Shown: piece after piece, positions 1 through 9,986 of the stretch | Layout of the letters: each line of letters starts with the position of its first letter | How positions within the stretch are numbered: position 1 is the first letter of the stretch | Origin: Planctomycetota bacterium | GTDB lineage: Bacteria; Planctomycetota; DG-23; JAZDKG01 | Direction: 5' to 3' | Length of the DNA stretch: 64,000 nt | Assembly: GCA_043803205.1 (NCBI GenBank) | Contig: JAZDKG010000116.1 | Location: 31,316-95,315, forward strand | Position numbers and translations under genes: made by a program | The notes under the pieces: generated by a model | Databases searched by the model: none | What the model was told of the DNA's origin: nothing | What the model saw: the letters and a program-made list of their open reading frames with translations, nothing else

Positions 1-518
1 GGTCCGTGCGGGAGCACATCGCGTGGGATAACTTCATCGACGTGGAGACGCCCGAGGGGGAGCTCGATTGGGTGCGGAGGCTGTTCGAGGAAGACCCGGA
101 GACGCCTACATTCTGTTTCGCGCACCCGGTGCTCGCGTTTCGGGAAGCATATCCGGTATCTCGCGCGCCGGGCGGCGAGCCGGTCCCCGTCACGCCCACG
201 CCTTTGGCGGATCAGTTCTCGGCATGGCAGGCGCTTCGGGCCATCATCGAGCGCCAATCTTGCGTGAAGGCGGCGTTCTTTGGGCATGGGCACTGGCACG
301 ACTGTCTCATTGAGGACGGCACGCTGTACTGCCAGACGGCGGCGATGGTCGAGTACCCGTGCGAATTGAGGCTCGTCCTCGTCTACCCGAACCGGATCCA
401 GACGCAGGTACTGGGATTGTCAGGCACCGACTTCGCGAAGCGCTCGTACGTGGAAGAGTGGGGAAACACGTGGGTGGCGGGACGCCCGGAAGACCGGCAT
501 TATGCACACGCATGGTAG
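1..518 (+). CDS. Metallophosphoesterase-like protein, C-terminal part (5'-truncated by window edge)
   Basis: ORF runs from the window start in this frame. It carries a GHGHWHD motif typical of the calcineurin-like phosphoesterase C-terminal His cluster. High GC3. Confidence 0.4.
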   Translation, partial: SVREHIAWDNFIDVETPEGELDWVRRLFEEDPETPTFCFAHPVLAFREAYPVSRAPGGEPVPVTPTPLADQFSAWQALRAIIERQSCVKAAFFGHGHWHDCLIEDGTLYCQTAAMVEYPCELRLVLVYPNRIQTQVLGLSGTDFAKRSYVEEWGNTWVAGRPEDRHYAHAW

Positions 519-533
519 GCGCCACGATCTCGC

Positions 534-2852
534 TCAGCAGGACCCCGAAGCCAGCTTCATCCCCGACGGGAGACTCAGACGAGGCCTGCGCCCCGCGCGC
601 AGCGTGACGCGCGCTACCCCCAGAGGTGTCGGGATGGCCCCTTCGGCGAAAGCGAGATCGCCCAGATGCGGACGGAAGGATACAGTCCTCCAGCCCGGCT
701 CGACTGGCGTGACTCCCAGAACGTACGTCGGCAATAGATAACCCGGCCCGGCGCTCCAGGCGTGGCAGAGCGACCACATCTTGTCCGGGAGCCTGCCTGG
801 CGGGCTCACCGGGTCGAAGGCCTCCCAGCAGGCGACCGCCCCTCGATCCACCATCTCCCCCCAATACGAGCGCACCAGCCAGAGCATGTCGTCCACGGCC
901 CCAAGCGACCCAAGGGCCGCGCCGACGAAAAAGTTGAAGTACGGCGTCTTGGGCAGCCCCTGAACCCCCTCCGAACGGATGAAAGCGCGGATCTTCCGCG
1001 CGACGGACGCCGATGGCGCGCTATACAGAGCAAGGATCGCGTTCGCTCGGGTCGAGAAGGACCGCGGGCCGGCCCCCTTCCTGGAATCGCGATAGAGACC
1101 CCGTCGGCGGTCAAGGAACCAGCGGTTCACCGCCTCGCGGACGCGCGCCGCCTCCCGCCGGAAGGCCCGGGCGTCCGCCGCCCGCCCCAGCCAGCCCGCG
1201 AGATCCGCGACGGCGTCACAAGCGCCGGCAACAAGGGCGTGCAGGACGGGATTCTCGGCCGGGCGCTCTCCGCCGAACCAGTCGATAAAGAGGACATTGG
1301 ACTTCGTGAGCGCGAATTCGATGAGACCGCGCTTGTTCCTGTGCGCCAAGTAGTACTCGACGGCCCGGACCGCGGAGGAAAAGAGCTTGCGCCCCAGAGC
1401 CAGGTCCCCGCTGATAAGACAGTAGTTGCGCAGAGCCAGGACGTAGTGCGCGACGTAGTCCAGAAGCACGTTGCGGCCGTCCCACCGTGGACCGATGGGC
1501 GCGATGGCGCCGTCGCGGCGCTGCGTGGCGGCGAAGTTGCGCAGGCACTTGCGGGCTAGGCGCGTGTCGCCGAAGAGGGCGGCGGACGCGAGCCCCTCGA
1601 CGTGGACGTCCCCGGCGTAGAGACTCTGCTCCCGCCAGGGACAATCCTCGAAGTGATCGTGCATGCACAGCTCCGCAGTGTCGGCGCAGAGCTCGTAAAC
1701 CCGATCGAGCAGAGGATCGCTCGAGCGGAACGAACCCACCCGCCGGACCGGGTACGCAAGGAACTCGAAGGCGACTCGGGACACCTCGATGGGCCTCTTG
1801 AAGTCGGAGAACGTGAGGAACAGATACCGCGCGTGCCGACGGCCGAACGGGCGGATCTCGTTCACTCCCCGACGGGTAACATAGCTGTCGACGTAGGTCA
1901 CGTTGAGGCTCTCCCCGTAGCCGACGCGCACGCGCGCCCCGGCAGGCCCGATGAGATCGACCAGAAGTCTGCCGTTGACCAGTCGCCCGAAGTCCAGGAC
2001 AAGCGTCGGATCGCCGCCAGTTGCGATCGGGCGCACGATGCACTTCGGGAACGGCCCAACGATTGGAAGATTCCCTCCCAGGCCCGACGATGCGAATCCT
2101 GACGCTAGACTCTCCGCCCCGACAATCTCCCAGAACGGATCCCGCGAGCAGTCATACGTGTGTCCATAGCCGATCGCATAGGCGTTCCGCGGGAGCACGA
2201 CTCGCGACGCCATGAAGGGAATCTCGCGAGGCGTCAGCGCCACGCGCCGGTCAGACGAGGCGGACGAAAGCACGCTTGCCCGACGCCATCGGGAGTCGTC
2301 GAAGTCTGGCTTCTCCCAGCCTTGCGGGGCTTTCCGCAGGTCCACGACCTCTTTATACTCGCCGAGGTGCCAGCTTATCGAGGCCGTCTTTCGCCTGTAT
2401 TGCGGCGCTAAGAGACAGCGGACCGAGGAATCGGAGCCGATGACAAGGGGATCCCTCCCGCCTCTGGCGATCTCAAGGGCGAAGGTGAAACGCCCCGCGC
2501 CCCCTCGCTGGTGAAGGACGCCTCGCGGTTCCGGGCCATACGCGTAAACGAGCGCGGCGATGACGTTCTTCCCCCTGCGCAGGTGCTTCGCCACGTTATA
2601 CGTGTCGTAGTAGGCGACGTCCGGCGTCGAGGGGCTGGGCCCCGAGCCGATCTCGACGCCGTTGACGTAGAGACGGTAGATCGCGTTCGCGCTGGCGTGA
2701 AGCTCGGCGCGCTTCACTTCGTCGAGCCGCGAGAGCCAAAAGGCCCTGCGGAAGTACACGAAACAGTTGCTGGTCCGCCGATGTGCGGGATGCCAGATCC
2801 AGCAACCCGCGAGGGTTCTCCTTTCCTGCGCCACTGCGGATCTCTCACTCAT
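534..2852 (-). CDS. Alpha-L-rhamnosidase family (GH78-like) six-hairpin glycoside hydrolase
   Basis: Start trimmed to MSERS (ATGA overlap with upstream gene). The N-terminus has the GH78 pattern 'CWIWHP...FVYFRRAF...ANAIYRLYVNGVEIGSGP'. An internal 'EDCPWREQSLYAGD' resembles the GH78 'DCPxREkLGWtGD' motif. No signal peptide. Confidence 0.7.
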   Translation of the reverse strand: MSERSAVAQERRTLAGCWIWHPAHRRTSNCFVYFRRAFWLSRLDEVKRAELHASANAIYRLYVNGVEIGSGPSPSTPDVAYYDTYNVAKHLRRGKNVIAALVYAYGPEPRGVLHQRGGAGRFTFALEIARGGRDPLVIGSDSSVRCLLAPQYRRKTASISWHLGEYKEVVDLRKAPQGWEKPDFDDSRWRRASVLSSASSDRRVALTPREIPFMASRVVLPRNAYAIGYGHTYDCSRDPFWEIVGAESLASGFASSGLGGNLPIVGPFPKCIVRPIATGGDPTLVLDFGRLVNGRLLVDLIGPAGARVRVGYGESLNVTYVDSYVTRRGVNEIRPFGRRHARYLFLTFSDFKRPIEVSRVAFEFLAYPVRRVGSFRSSDPLLDRVYELCADTAELCMHDHFEDCPWREQSLYAGDVHVEGLASAALFGDTRLARKCLRNFAATQRRDGAIAPIGPRWDGRNVLLDYVAHYVLALRNYCLISGDLALGRKLFSSAVRAVEYYLAHRNKRGLIEFALTKSNVLFIDWFGGERPAENPVLHALVAGACDAVADLAGWLGRAADARAFRREAARVREAVNRWFLDRRRGLYRDSRKGAGPRSFSTRANAILALYSAPSASVARKIRAFIRSEGVQGLPKTPYFNFFVGAALGSLGAVDDMLWLVRSYWGEMVDRGAVACWEAFDPVSPPGRLPDKMWSLCHAWSAGPGYLLPTYVLGVTPVEPGWRTVSFRPHLGDLAFAEGAIPTPLGVARVTLRAGRRPRLSLPSGMKLASGSC

Positions 2853-3841
2853 GCGTACTCCTTGGAAACCTCCAGGAATGCGCGGATGTTCTCGGACGGC
2901 ACGTGACGGTGGGTCACGCCCGAGACCACGACGGGCGCGCCTCCCTCGGCGGCCTCGCGGAACGATCGGCGCACGTCGTCGGGGCCGCCGTTCAGCATCT
3001 CCAGCGCCTTCACGTGCCACCAGTACTCGAGTCCCGTCGCATTCATGTCCTCGATCGTGACGTTCGGGTCCTCGCCGCACTCGATGCAGTTGATTGGAAG
3101 GTCCCTCACGGCCAGCATCTGCTGCTCGGGATTCATCAGCTCGCTGTGGAGCATGATGGTCCGCGAGCCCGCGCGAACGCCGCGCTCCTCGAAGATGCGC
3201 CTCCAATACGGAAGGACAAACTCCGGCCACATCTTGGGTGAGATCATCCCCGCGAAGTCGTCGGCGATGTGCATCAACTCCTCTTTGGGATTCCCCCCGT
3301 ACCGCCGCCGCTCGCGCTGAAACGCGAGGTGAAACTCGGTGCCGAAATCGAGGAGCTTGTGCGCACAGTCCGGCGATTCATAGAGGTCGATGAAGAAGTC
3401 GTCGCCCCGCATGGTCCTCGCGAAGGTCACGGGGCCGAGGGTGATCCCGTCGTGGATGTGGGTTTTCGCGCCCGTGACCGCGCAGACCGCCTTATCGTAC
3501 GCCACGAGCGGCGTGAGACCGGGGTGCGCGAAGAAATCGCCCGTGGGCATGACGAGGCGCTCGACGTCCCGGGCGCGCGCGAGGCGCGTCATGGGATGAG
3601 GCCACCCGTCCTCAGGGTACTCGATGTGGACGTCGAGGAGCGCGAGCGACCACCAACCGTGCAGGGGAATGCGCGGTGGGACGCGCAGGCCATACTCCCG
3701 ATGGAAATAGGCGTCGGCCTTCCCGCATGCGTCGAACATGACGTCGGGATCGCTCAGGTAAGGCTTCAGCGTGATCCCGGCGACCTCCGTGATGGCCTCG
3801 TCGCTGATCCCCAGCCACGATCGCACCTTCTTCCCCGCCAA
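2849..3841 (-). CDS. Uroporphyrinogen decarboxylase (URO-D) family protein, paralog 1
   Basis: 330 aa TIM-barrel-like sequence. It shares its C-terminal ending ('...KEYA') and overall pattern with ORF 10190..11389. Family assignment is by recollection of URO-D/MtaA-like proteins. Confidence 0.45.
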   Translation of the reverse strand: MAGKKVRSWLGISDEAITEVAGITLKPYLSDPDVMFDACGKADAYFHREYGLRVPPRIPLHGWWSLALLDVHIEYPEDGWPHPMTRLARARDVERLVMPTGDFFAHPGLTPLVAYDKAVCAVTGAKTHIHDGITLGPVTFARTMRGDDFFIDLYESPDCAHKLLDFGTEFHLAFQRERRRYGGNPKEELMHIADDFAGMISPKMWPEFVLPYWRRIFEERGVRAGSRTIMLHSELMNPEQQMLAVRDLPINCIECGEDPNVTIEDMNATGLEYWWHVKALEMLNGGPDDVRRSFREAAEGGAPVVVSGVTHRHVPSENIRAFLEVSKEYA

Positions 3842-3930
3842 CGTCTCTCCTTCTCCGGTAGTTCACCGCCTCATGGGGACGCGCATCGCGGAGCCCTCGG
3901 CGGCGGCCTCATTGTGCGGACGAGGTGCGC

Positions 3931-5166
3931 TCACTTCAAGAGCACGGGATGAACCCACGCGACGTGGGTGGCGAACGGGGATGCGTCGGCAAGCAAGGCG
4001 ATCCCTCGCGCGCGGCCAAGAGGGACCCTGATCGCGCGCGAAAGGCTGGAAGCGGAAAGCGTGACCGTTCGGGCGACTCGGCCGCCCATGTCAAGGATGC
4101 GCGCCGTCCCCGATTCGTAGGAAGGCGGCGAATCGCCGAGGACAACTCGGAACACCACCTTCCCCGCTTGCGGGGGACGCGCAAGGATGCCGATGCGGAC
4201 GCTGAAGGCGCGATAAACGCCCGCCGGGATGCGGAAGAAAGCGTGTCCGTGTACCATCGCGAGACCATCTCGGAAGGTCGCGAGGTAAGATCGGCCGCCC
4301 CGCGACACCCGCAGACGCAGGGGGAGAAGCGCGCCGCTCTCGTGGATGCCGGCGTCTCGACGGGGCTCCCAGGGGTAGGGATCGAGCGTGAAGGCGTCGT
4401 CCGGCCGCCGCTCAGAGAGCGGCACTGCGCGCAGCCCCCTCAGCGCGGATTGCGCGATCGCTCCGCGCGCGACGCAGAAGCACGTGTGCCAAAGGGACGA
4501 CACGAGCCTCACCGCGGCGTGACAGGAAGGAGATAGAAGGCTCGGAAGAACCCCGCCTTTGCGCGCGCGGATCGCCTGCAGCGCGGGAACCACTGCGGCA
4601 AGGGCCAACTCGACGATCCGCTGGAGCTCCGCCTCCGCATGGAAGGCGATCTCCGGAACACAGGTCCCAAGGACGCGCGGCCGAAAGCGCGGCGGCCGCG
4701 GAACGGAGACGTCGTCCAGAGGGCGATGGATGTTGCGAAGACGCGCCGGCGGAGGAACGAGACGCAGCAGCAGGTAGTGATTCACCACGTGAGCCGGACC
4801 TGAACAGTCCTGGACGTAGTGCGCCAGCGACCCTCCGAAACGGGCTGACTCCACGGGGTCGTTCGCGCGAAGCGCGCGGACAAGTTCCCCGATCAGGTGC
4901 GAAAGCGCAAAGCGCGCCACGCGCCGGTCCCCGTGATGGGCGAAGGAGACGTCCGTGAACTGCGCGTCCGTGGGACCGTGGGGGAGTACGTGTCCGCCCG
5001 GAAGGGCCACATACCGTCGCCACTTCTCCGGCTCCGCAAAATACCGGTCGGGCATCGTGCAAAGCTCCGGAAGCTCATCTTCGACGGACCGCCAGAACGC
5101 GCGCTGGCGGGCGCCCAGCGCCTTGAGGGACCATCGCCCCATCTCAATGTGCATATGGCTGGGCAA
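3931..5166 (-). CDS. Hypothetical protein with His-rich putative metal-binding motifs
   Basis: 411 aa ORF in an operon position between neighbouring genes. 'HMH', 'HHGD' and 'HYVQDCSGPAHVVNHY' suggest a Zn-dependent hydrolase-like N-domain. No family assigned. Confidence 0.4.
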   Translation of the reverse strand: MPSHMHIEMGRWSLKALGARQRAFWRSVEDELPELCTMPDRYFAEPEKWRRYVALPGGHVLPHGPTDAQFTDVSFAHHGDRRVARFALSHLIGELVRALRANDPVESARFGGSLAHYVQDCSGPAHVVNHYLLLRLVPPPARLRNIHRPLDDVSVPRPPRFRPRVLGTCVPEIAFHAEAELQRIVELALAAVVPALQAIRARKGGVLPSLLSPSCHAAVRLVSSLWHTCFCVARGAIAQSALRGLRAVPLSERRPDDAFTLDPYPWEPRRDAGIHESGALLPLRLRVSRGGRSYLATFRDGLAMVHGHAFFRIPAGVYRAFSVRIGILARPPQAGKVVFRVVLGDSPPSYESGTARILDMGGRVARTVTLSASSLSRAIRVPLGRARGIALLADASPFATHVAWVHPVLLK

Positions 5167-5198
5167 GAAACGCTCCTTGGGTAAGACTGCCTGACAGG

Positions 5199-6737
5199 CT
5201 ACAGGCGGGTGTTCCCCATCCCGAGGAGGCGGATGTGCTTCTCGATGTGGGACGCGACCAGCTCGTGGTGTTCCGCCTCGTGCCTCAGGAGCGTGTCAAA
5301 CACCTCCTCACGCAGAGAGCCGCCCGAGGCGTCGTGCGGGTTGAGGACGGAACCATACGTGACATGGAGAAGCTGCCGCCCGTTCCTCTCGTCGAGGAAG
5401 CTCTCGAGCTCCCCGTCCGCTAGGACGTCAAGGGGAGGGAGGACAGATAGATCGGTGGAGAGATGATAGCTCGCGCGGTCGGTTTGGAAGCGCTCAAGCG
5501 CTAGGGCGTGAATCCGACGATAGAGGGAAGCGTTCCGCCGGGCCACGAGACGCAGCGCCTCCAGCCACGAAGTGCCCGCGGTCTTGACGTGCAACAGGTC
5601 TCCGGCGACGTCCCCAAGCAGGGGATAGATCGAAAACTTGTCGGAGCCCGAATGGATGGACAGCTTGTAGGGACCCAGCGCGCGTGCGATTGCCGCGTGC
5701 CCAATGAGCTCGCGCCGCAGGATTCGCAGGTCCCCCCGGTAGTCGGCGGCCTTCTCGAAGTCCCCCACCAAACGGGGAGCCAGACCCGTGAACGCGACTT
5801 CGCGACGCGCAAGCTCGGAAGCGATGAAGACATGGTCCGCTAACGACGTCGGCGTCTCCGTCTCGTCCACCGATACCTCAAAGTCGAAGGAACCGGGACG
5901 CAGCTCTTGGAGACGGTCATACATGCGTTCCGCGTGCTGGATGGCGCCCGTATACTTGACCGCGCTCCGCGCGAGGCCCTCCTCGGAAAATGAAATCGCC
6001 AGTCGCGCCTGCCCGATGTCGAACGTCCGCCCCAAGTAAAACCCCTTCAGGACCTCCGCGTCCTCCAAGAAGTCGAACCGCCGCCGCAGCTCCCCAGGCG
6101 GGACCGTGTCCGCGTCGTTGGCGACGTGATCCCCTGGGTCGATGGTAAACATCGTGAACCCCGCGTTCGCGCAGCGAACAAGGTCTTCCTCCGTCTTGAG
6201 ATGGTCGGCGTCCGCGCCGAACAACCCCGGGTACCCCGCCTGAAAAGCCCCCCAGACCGTGTCGTCCAGGACGTCCTCGGGGCTGCGCCCCGTGCGGGAC
6301 ATCTCCCGTGCCGACTGCTGCGCGAAGAGAGGAAGAACCGCAGTGGCGCCCGCGACGGCGGCATGGCCGGGCGTAGCCAGTCCCACGCGGTCCCCCATCC
6401 CGAAAGCGGGCGTCAGCCCCAGCGGACGAGGCCGCAGGTTCCCTAGTGCAAGCCGCAGCGCGGCGGCGTTCTCCCGGGTGGCGGGCGCCGCGAGAACCGT
6501 GACCGGCTTGCGCCCGACCGCCATCTCCCCTCCGGGTGTTCCGCGGAAAAGTCGCGTAATGCGCGCCCACCGAGGTCCGGTCCCGAGGAGGAAAAGCGTC
6601 CTCACCTTCCCGTCCCGACCGAGCACGAGCACCGTGCTCTCGCGGTACGCGACCGAGGCGTCATAGAGCTTCCAGCTTCGACCGAGAGAAGCGCGCAACG
6701 CGGCGACCATCCGGAGACTGCGCTGTCGAGGCGGCAC
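5199..6737 (-). CDS. UxaE-like (tagaturonate/fructuronate epimerase family) TIM-barrel sugar-metabolism protein, tentative
   Basis: 512 aa; no signal peptide. Overall resemblance to the UxaE/DUF family is recalled from memory and is low-certainty. Confidence 0.35.
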   Translation of the reverse strand: MPPRQRSLRMVAALRASLGRSWKLYDASVAYRESTVLVLGRDGKVRTLFLLGTGPRWARITRLFRGTPGGEMAVGRKPVTVLAAPATRENAAALRLALGNLRPRPLGLTPAFGMGDRVGLATPGHAAVAGATAVLPLFAQQSAREMSRTGRSPEDVLDDTVWGAFQAGYPGLFGADADHLKTEEDLVRCANAGFTMFTIDPGDHVANDADTVPPGELRRRFDFLEDAEVLKGFYLGRTFDIGQARLAISFSEEGLARSAVKYTGAIQHAERMYDRLQELRPGSFDFEVSVDETETPTSLADHVFIASELARREVAFTGLAPRLVGDFEKAADYRGDLRILRRELIGHAAIARALGPYKLSIHSGSDKFSIYPLLGDVAGDLLHVKTAGTSWLEALRLVARRNASLYRRIHALALERFQTDRASYHLSTDLSVLPPLDVLADGELESFLDERNGRQLLHVTYGSVLNPHDASGGSLREEVFDTLLRHEAEHHELVASHIEKHIRLLGMGNTRL

Positions 6738-6896
6738 GAGGCGTCCCTTTCAAGAAAACCGCGACGCAAGACCGCCTCATTCTACGGCATGAAAACGCCA
6801 ATACAATAACGGACGGGAAAAAGGCGGGAAAACCCCGCGCCGGAGGGATAAGATCACGCGCCGGACGAACGCCGGTCGAGAAAGGATGAGAGAACC

Positions 6897-8687
6897 TTGA
6901 GTCCATATCACAGCAGCTCGCGCCTGCGCCCGGTGCGCCTCTCCGAGGTCGCCGGCCGCGACGTCCTCGAAACTATCCAGGACATCTTTACGAGCCTGAG
7001 CGGATGCCCGATCGCCTTCTACGACGAGAGAGGCGAAGAGGTGCTGCCCGCCAGCAACCTCAGCGAGGCCATGATCGTCATCGAAAGGAGCGTGAAGGCC
7101 CTCCGCGAGATCGTTGGTGACCGCACCAAAGTGGAATGGCCTATCTCCGGTCGGATCGCGCTCACCCGAAGGACGTACGGATCGTTCCTCGTCGAGTACG
7201 AGGCGCCCATCATGTACCGCGACGCTCGGCTGGGCGCAGTCGCCGTCTACGGCCGCCCCGCAAGCGGCGCCATCATCGCCAAGCGCGAGGTCCTCGAGAT
7301 CGAGGGCAAGGACGAATTCGCCCGCGCGATCGAGAGCTCGACCGCGCTTCCGGCCCTCGGCGAGCCCGAGGCGACCACGGTCATCCCAAAACTGCTGTGG
7401 GCGCTTGAACGATTCATCGAATACGGAATCCAGACGCGCGACCTCCGCGACATCGTCGAGCGCAGCCTCAACCTCCACAAGGCAAGCCAGGCCCTGGTCT
7501 CGACCCTCGATCTCCAGGAAATGCTCAACCTCATCACCAAGCTCGTCACGGAAACCCTGCGCGTGCGGTCCTGCTCCCTGCGCCTCCTCGACGAATCAAG
7601 AAAGAACCTCCGGATCGGCGCCGTGCATAACCTGAGCGAGAGCTACCTGGGCAAGGGGGCCGTCCCGGTCGCCAATTCCCTCATCGATCAGCAGGCGCTC
7701 GCCGGAAGAGGCGTAGCGGTCTACGACGTCTCCAAGGACCCGCGGATCCTCTACCCCAGGGAGATGGCGGCCGAAGGCCTCGTCTCCCTCCTCTGCGCGC
7801 CGCTCCGCGTGAAGGAGCAGTCGATCGGCGTGCTCCGCGCCTACAGCGCGGAGCCTCGCGAGTTCACCGCCCTCGAAACCCGGATCTTCGAGGCCCTGGG
7901 GAACCAGGCCGCGGCGGCGATCGAGAACGCCCGTCTGCTCTCGGCCGCCAAGGAGAACGAGCGTCAGGAGCAGGAGCTCGCCTTCGCCGCCCGCGTCCAG
8001 AAGGGCCTCCTCCCCCAGGATCGCCCGCGCGTCGCCGGCTACGACTTCGGCGCCATCAACGTCCCCCACTCCCAGGTCGGCGGCGACTTCTACGACTTCG
8101 TTACCGTGCAGGACAATCACATGGGCCTCGTCATCGCCGACGGCTCGGGAAAAGGCGTGCCGGCCGCGCTCCTCATGGCCAGCACCTATGCCGCGCTCGA
8201 GGTCCAGATCCACACGACCTACCGGACGAAGGACATCATCGGCCGCCTGAACAAGTTCCTCTGCAAGCGCATCGCCACGACCGGGAGCTTCGTGACGCTT
8301 TTCTACGCCGCTCTCGACCTGCGCGCGCGACGCCTCACCTACACGACCGCCGGACACCCCGCCCCACTGCTCGCTCGCGGCGCAGCGATGAAGGAGCTGC
8401 CGGGGGAGGGACTGCTCCTCGGCGTCAACCCCGACGTCGAGTACGAGGAGCACCAGATAACCCTCCAAGGCGGCGATGTCCTGGTACTCTATACGGATGG
8501 CGTGGTGGATGCGGAAAACATCGAGGGCGCGCGCTTCGGCGAGGAGCGGCTGCGCGAGGTCCTGCGCGCCAACGTCTCCCTCGCCGCGCAGGAGCTCGCG
8601 GGCGCCATCTACGACGCCGTCAGACGCCACGCCGGCTCCGTCGACCTCACCGACGACTTCACGCTCACCGTGACCAAGGTGCTCTAA
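6897..8687 (+). CDS. GAF domain-containing PP2C/SpoIIE-family serine phosphatase (RsbU-like) with N-terminal sensory region
   Basis: A central GAF-like block is followed by a PP2C/SpoIIE domain ('GGDFYDF...', 'VIADGSGKGVPAAL', 'LVLYTDGVVDAEN'). The likely TTG start at 6897 is uncertain. Confidence 0.8.
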   Translation: MSPYHSSSRLRPVRLSEVAGRDVLETIQDIFTSLSGCPIAFYDERGEEVLPASNLSEAMIVIERSVKALREIVGDRTKVEWPISGRIALTRRTYGSFLVEYEAPIMYRDARLGAVAVYGRPASGAIIAKREVLEIEGKDEFARAIESSTALPALGEPEATTVIPKLLWALERFIEYGIQTRDLRDIVERSLNLHKASQALVSTLDLQEMLNLITKLVTETLRVRSCSLRLLDESRKNLRIGAVHNLSESYLGKGAVPVANSLIDQQALAGRGVAVYDVSKDPRILYPREMAAEGLVSLLCAPLRVKEQSIGVLRAYSAEPREFTALETRIFEALGNQAAAAIENARLLSAAKENERQEQELAFAARVQKGLLPQDRPRVAGYDFGAINVPHSQVGGDFYDFVTVQDNHMGLVIADGSGKGVPAALLMASTYAALEVQIHTTYRTKDIIGRLNKFLCKRIATTGSFVTLFYAALDLRARRLTYTTAGHPAPLLARGAAMKELPGEGLLLGVNPDVEYEEHQITLQGGDVLVLYTDGVVDAENIEGARFGEERLREVLRANVSLAAQELAGAIYDAVRRHAGSVDLTDDFTLTVTKVL

Positions 8688-8909
8688 GGGGCTCTAACAG
8701 AACCAGGCGCGAGTCGCGTTGCGAGCGCGACGGCGTCTGATGCAAGGCGCGACGAGGAGGCATATCAAGAGACCGATATGCCGACGAGGAGCAACGCAGC
8801 AGCAGATGTCGTCCCGCCGTAACCCGAAGGGACGCGACCATTCCCGCGCCATCATATCGCTCCTCCTTCTCGAAGCGTCGCGGCCGTGTCTGGTTCTGTT
8901 AGAGCCCCT
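8687..8909. repeat. IR-flanked structured intergenic element (20-bp perfect inverted repeat 'aggggctctaacagaaccag', ~183-bp spacer with nested hairpins)
   Basis: Arm 8687-8706 is the exact reverse complement of 8890-8909. Inside is the hairpin ggcatatc-N8-gatatgcc flanked by the direct repeat GACGAGGAG. The element lies between convergent gene ends. Confidence 0.6.
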
Positions 8910-8921
8910 AAGCGCGCCCGC

Positions 8922-9986
8922 TCAACCCCCCAGCCAATCCGGATCGAACCGGGCGAACGTGATCGTGTCGTACGGGGAGGACGCCCCGCACTCATAGAGA
9001 CAGCCAAGGGTCAAGTCGGGCAGGACCCCGAGACACGAATACGCGCTGGGACCGGGGTGGATCGTCCGCGCGACGGGCCACGTCCGCCCTCCGTCGGTGC
9101 TCAGACGCACCGTCATGTTGTCGCGCGTGAGGGCCGCCGGATTCGAGAAAAGGAGGGCATTCGGAGAGTGCTGCCGATAGTTGATGAGACTGGCCTGGCA
9201 CGTGGGCTCCGGGAGACTCCGCTCCAGGCGCGACGGCGACCACTTGAGACCGCCGTCGCGGCTCTCGGCGACGGCTCGGCAGCCCGCGCCGTGATAGCTC
9301 CGCATGTTGATGTGAAGCGTGCCGTCGGCAAGCTCGACGACCTGGCACTCGTCGGTCTTCTCGCCGAGCGTTCCCCCGATGGCCCACGTTGCGCCGTGGT
9401 CGTCGCTGTAGATGACATGGGAATGCAGGTGGTGTCCGGGTCCGGAATGATCGGAGTGGTCGCAGGGGACGATGAGCCGCCCCCTGCAGGCGCCGCTCTG
9501 GAGCTGAATGCCAACCCCAGGGCCGGTCGCATACCATCGCCAGTGGGGCTCCTTCACGGACGCGGTGATGTCCACGGGCTCCGACCACGTGACCCCGTCA
9601 TCCTCGCTCCGGGAGAGGAAGGCCCTGCGGGTAACCGCGCTCTCTTCCGCCTGGATGGTCGTCTGCGTGTCCGTGCCGAGATTCCACGTCAAGTGGAGCC
9701 AGATCACGCCTGTATCGACGTCGATCACCGGGCAGGGATTGCCGCAGGTGTTGCCGTTGTCTTTCCAGATGACCTCGGGGGCGGACCACGTCCTCCCATT
9801 GTCCCGGCTGCGACGCATGAGGAGATGGATCTCGCGACTGTCGTCAAGGCCTGTCACTCGACCCTCGCAGAACGCTAACACCGCCCCCCCGGACGTCGAT
9901 AGAAGCGCTGGAATGCGATAGGCGCCGTACCCCCCTCGTTTGCTGACAAACAATGGTACTTGTGTAAGCAAGGGCTCAACCTCCAC
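8922..9986 (-). CDS. BNR/Asp-box exo-alpha-sialidase-like glycoside hydrolase (GH33-like), no signal peptide
   Basis: N-terminal 'YRIPAL' (the sialidase RIP motif). Repeated Asp-boxes: SRDNGRTWS, SEDDGVTWS, SDDHGATWA, SRDGGLKWS, STDGGRTWP. Confidence 0.75.
   Translation of the reverse strand: MEVEPLLTQVPLFVSKRGGYGAYRIPALLSTSGGAVLAFCEGRVTGLDDSREIHLLMRRSRDNGRTWSAPEVIWKDNGNTCGNPCPVIDVDTGVIWLHLTWNLGTDTQTTIQAEESAVTRRAFLSRSEDDGVTWSEPVDITASVKEPHWRWYATGPGVGIQLQSGACRGRLIVPCDHSDHSGPGHHLHSHVIYSDDHGATWAIGGTLGEKTDECQVVELADGTLHINMRSYHGAGCRAVAESRDGGLKWSPSRLERSLPEPTCQASLINYRQHSPNALLFSNPAALTRDNMTVRLSTDGGRTWPVARTIHPGPSAYSCLGVLPDLTLGCLYECGASSPYDTITFARFDPDWLGG

Noticed and set aside
7596-8630. Long antisense ORFs opposite confident genes. 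Examples: 7596..8630(-), 8886..9878(+), 10070..11686(+), 15696..16733(-), 27811..29142(-), 32244..33314(-), 34086..35300(-), 38619..39734(-), 39161..40771(-), 41290..42885(-), 50353..52386(+), 59510..61054(-).
   Set aside because: Typical high-GC artefacts. Their translations are Arg/Ala/Gly/Pro-rich low-complexity sequences with no recognisable motifs, and they sit entirely inside genes that carry strong family signatures on the other strand.
8719-8997. 92-aa ORF inside the IR-flanked intergenic element.
   Set aside because: Arg/Gln-rich, spans the palindromic repeats and runs into the antisense of the sialidase gene. More likely non-coding structured DNA/RNA.
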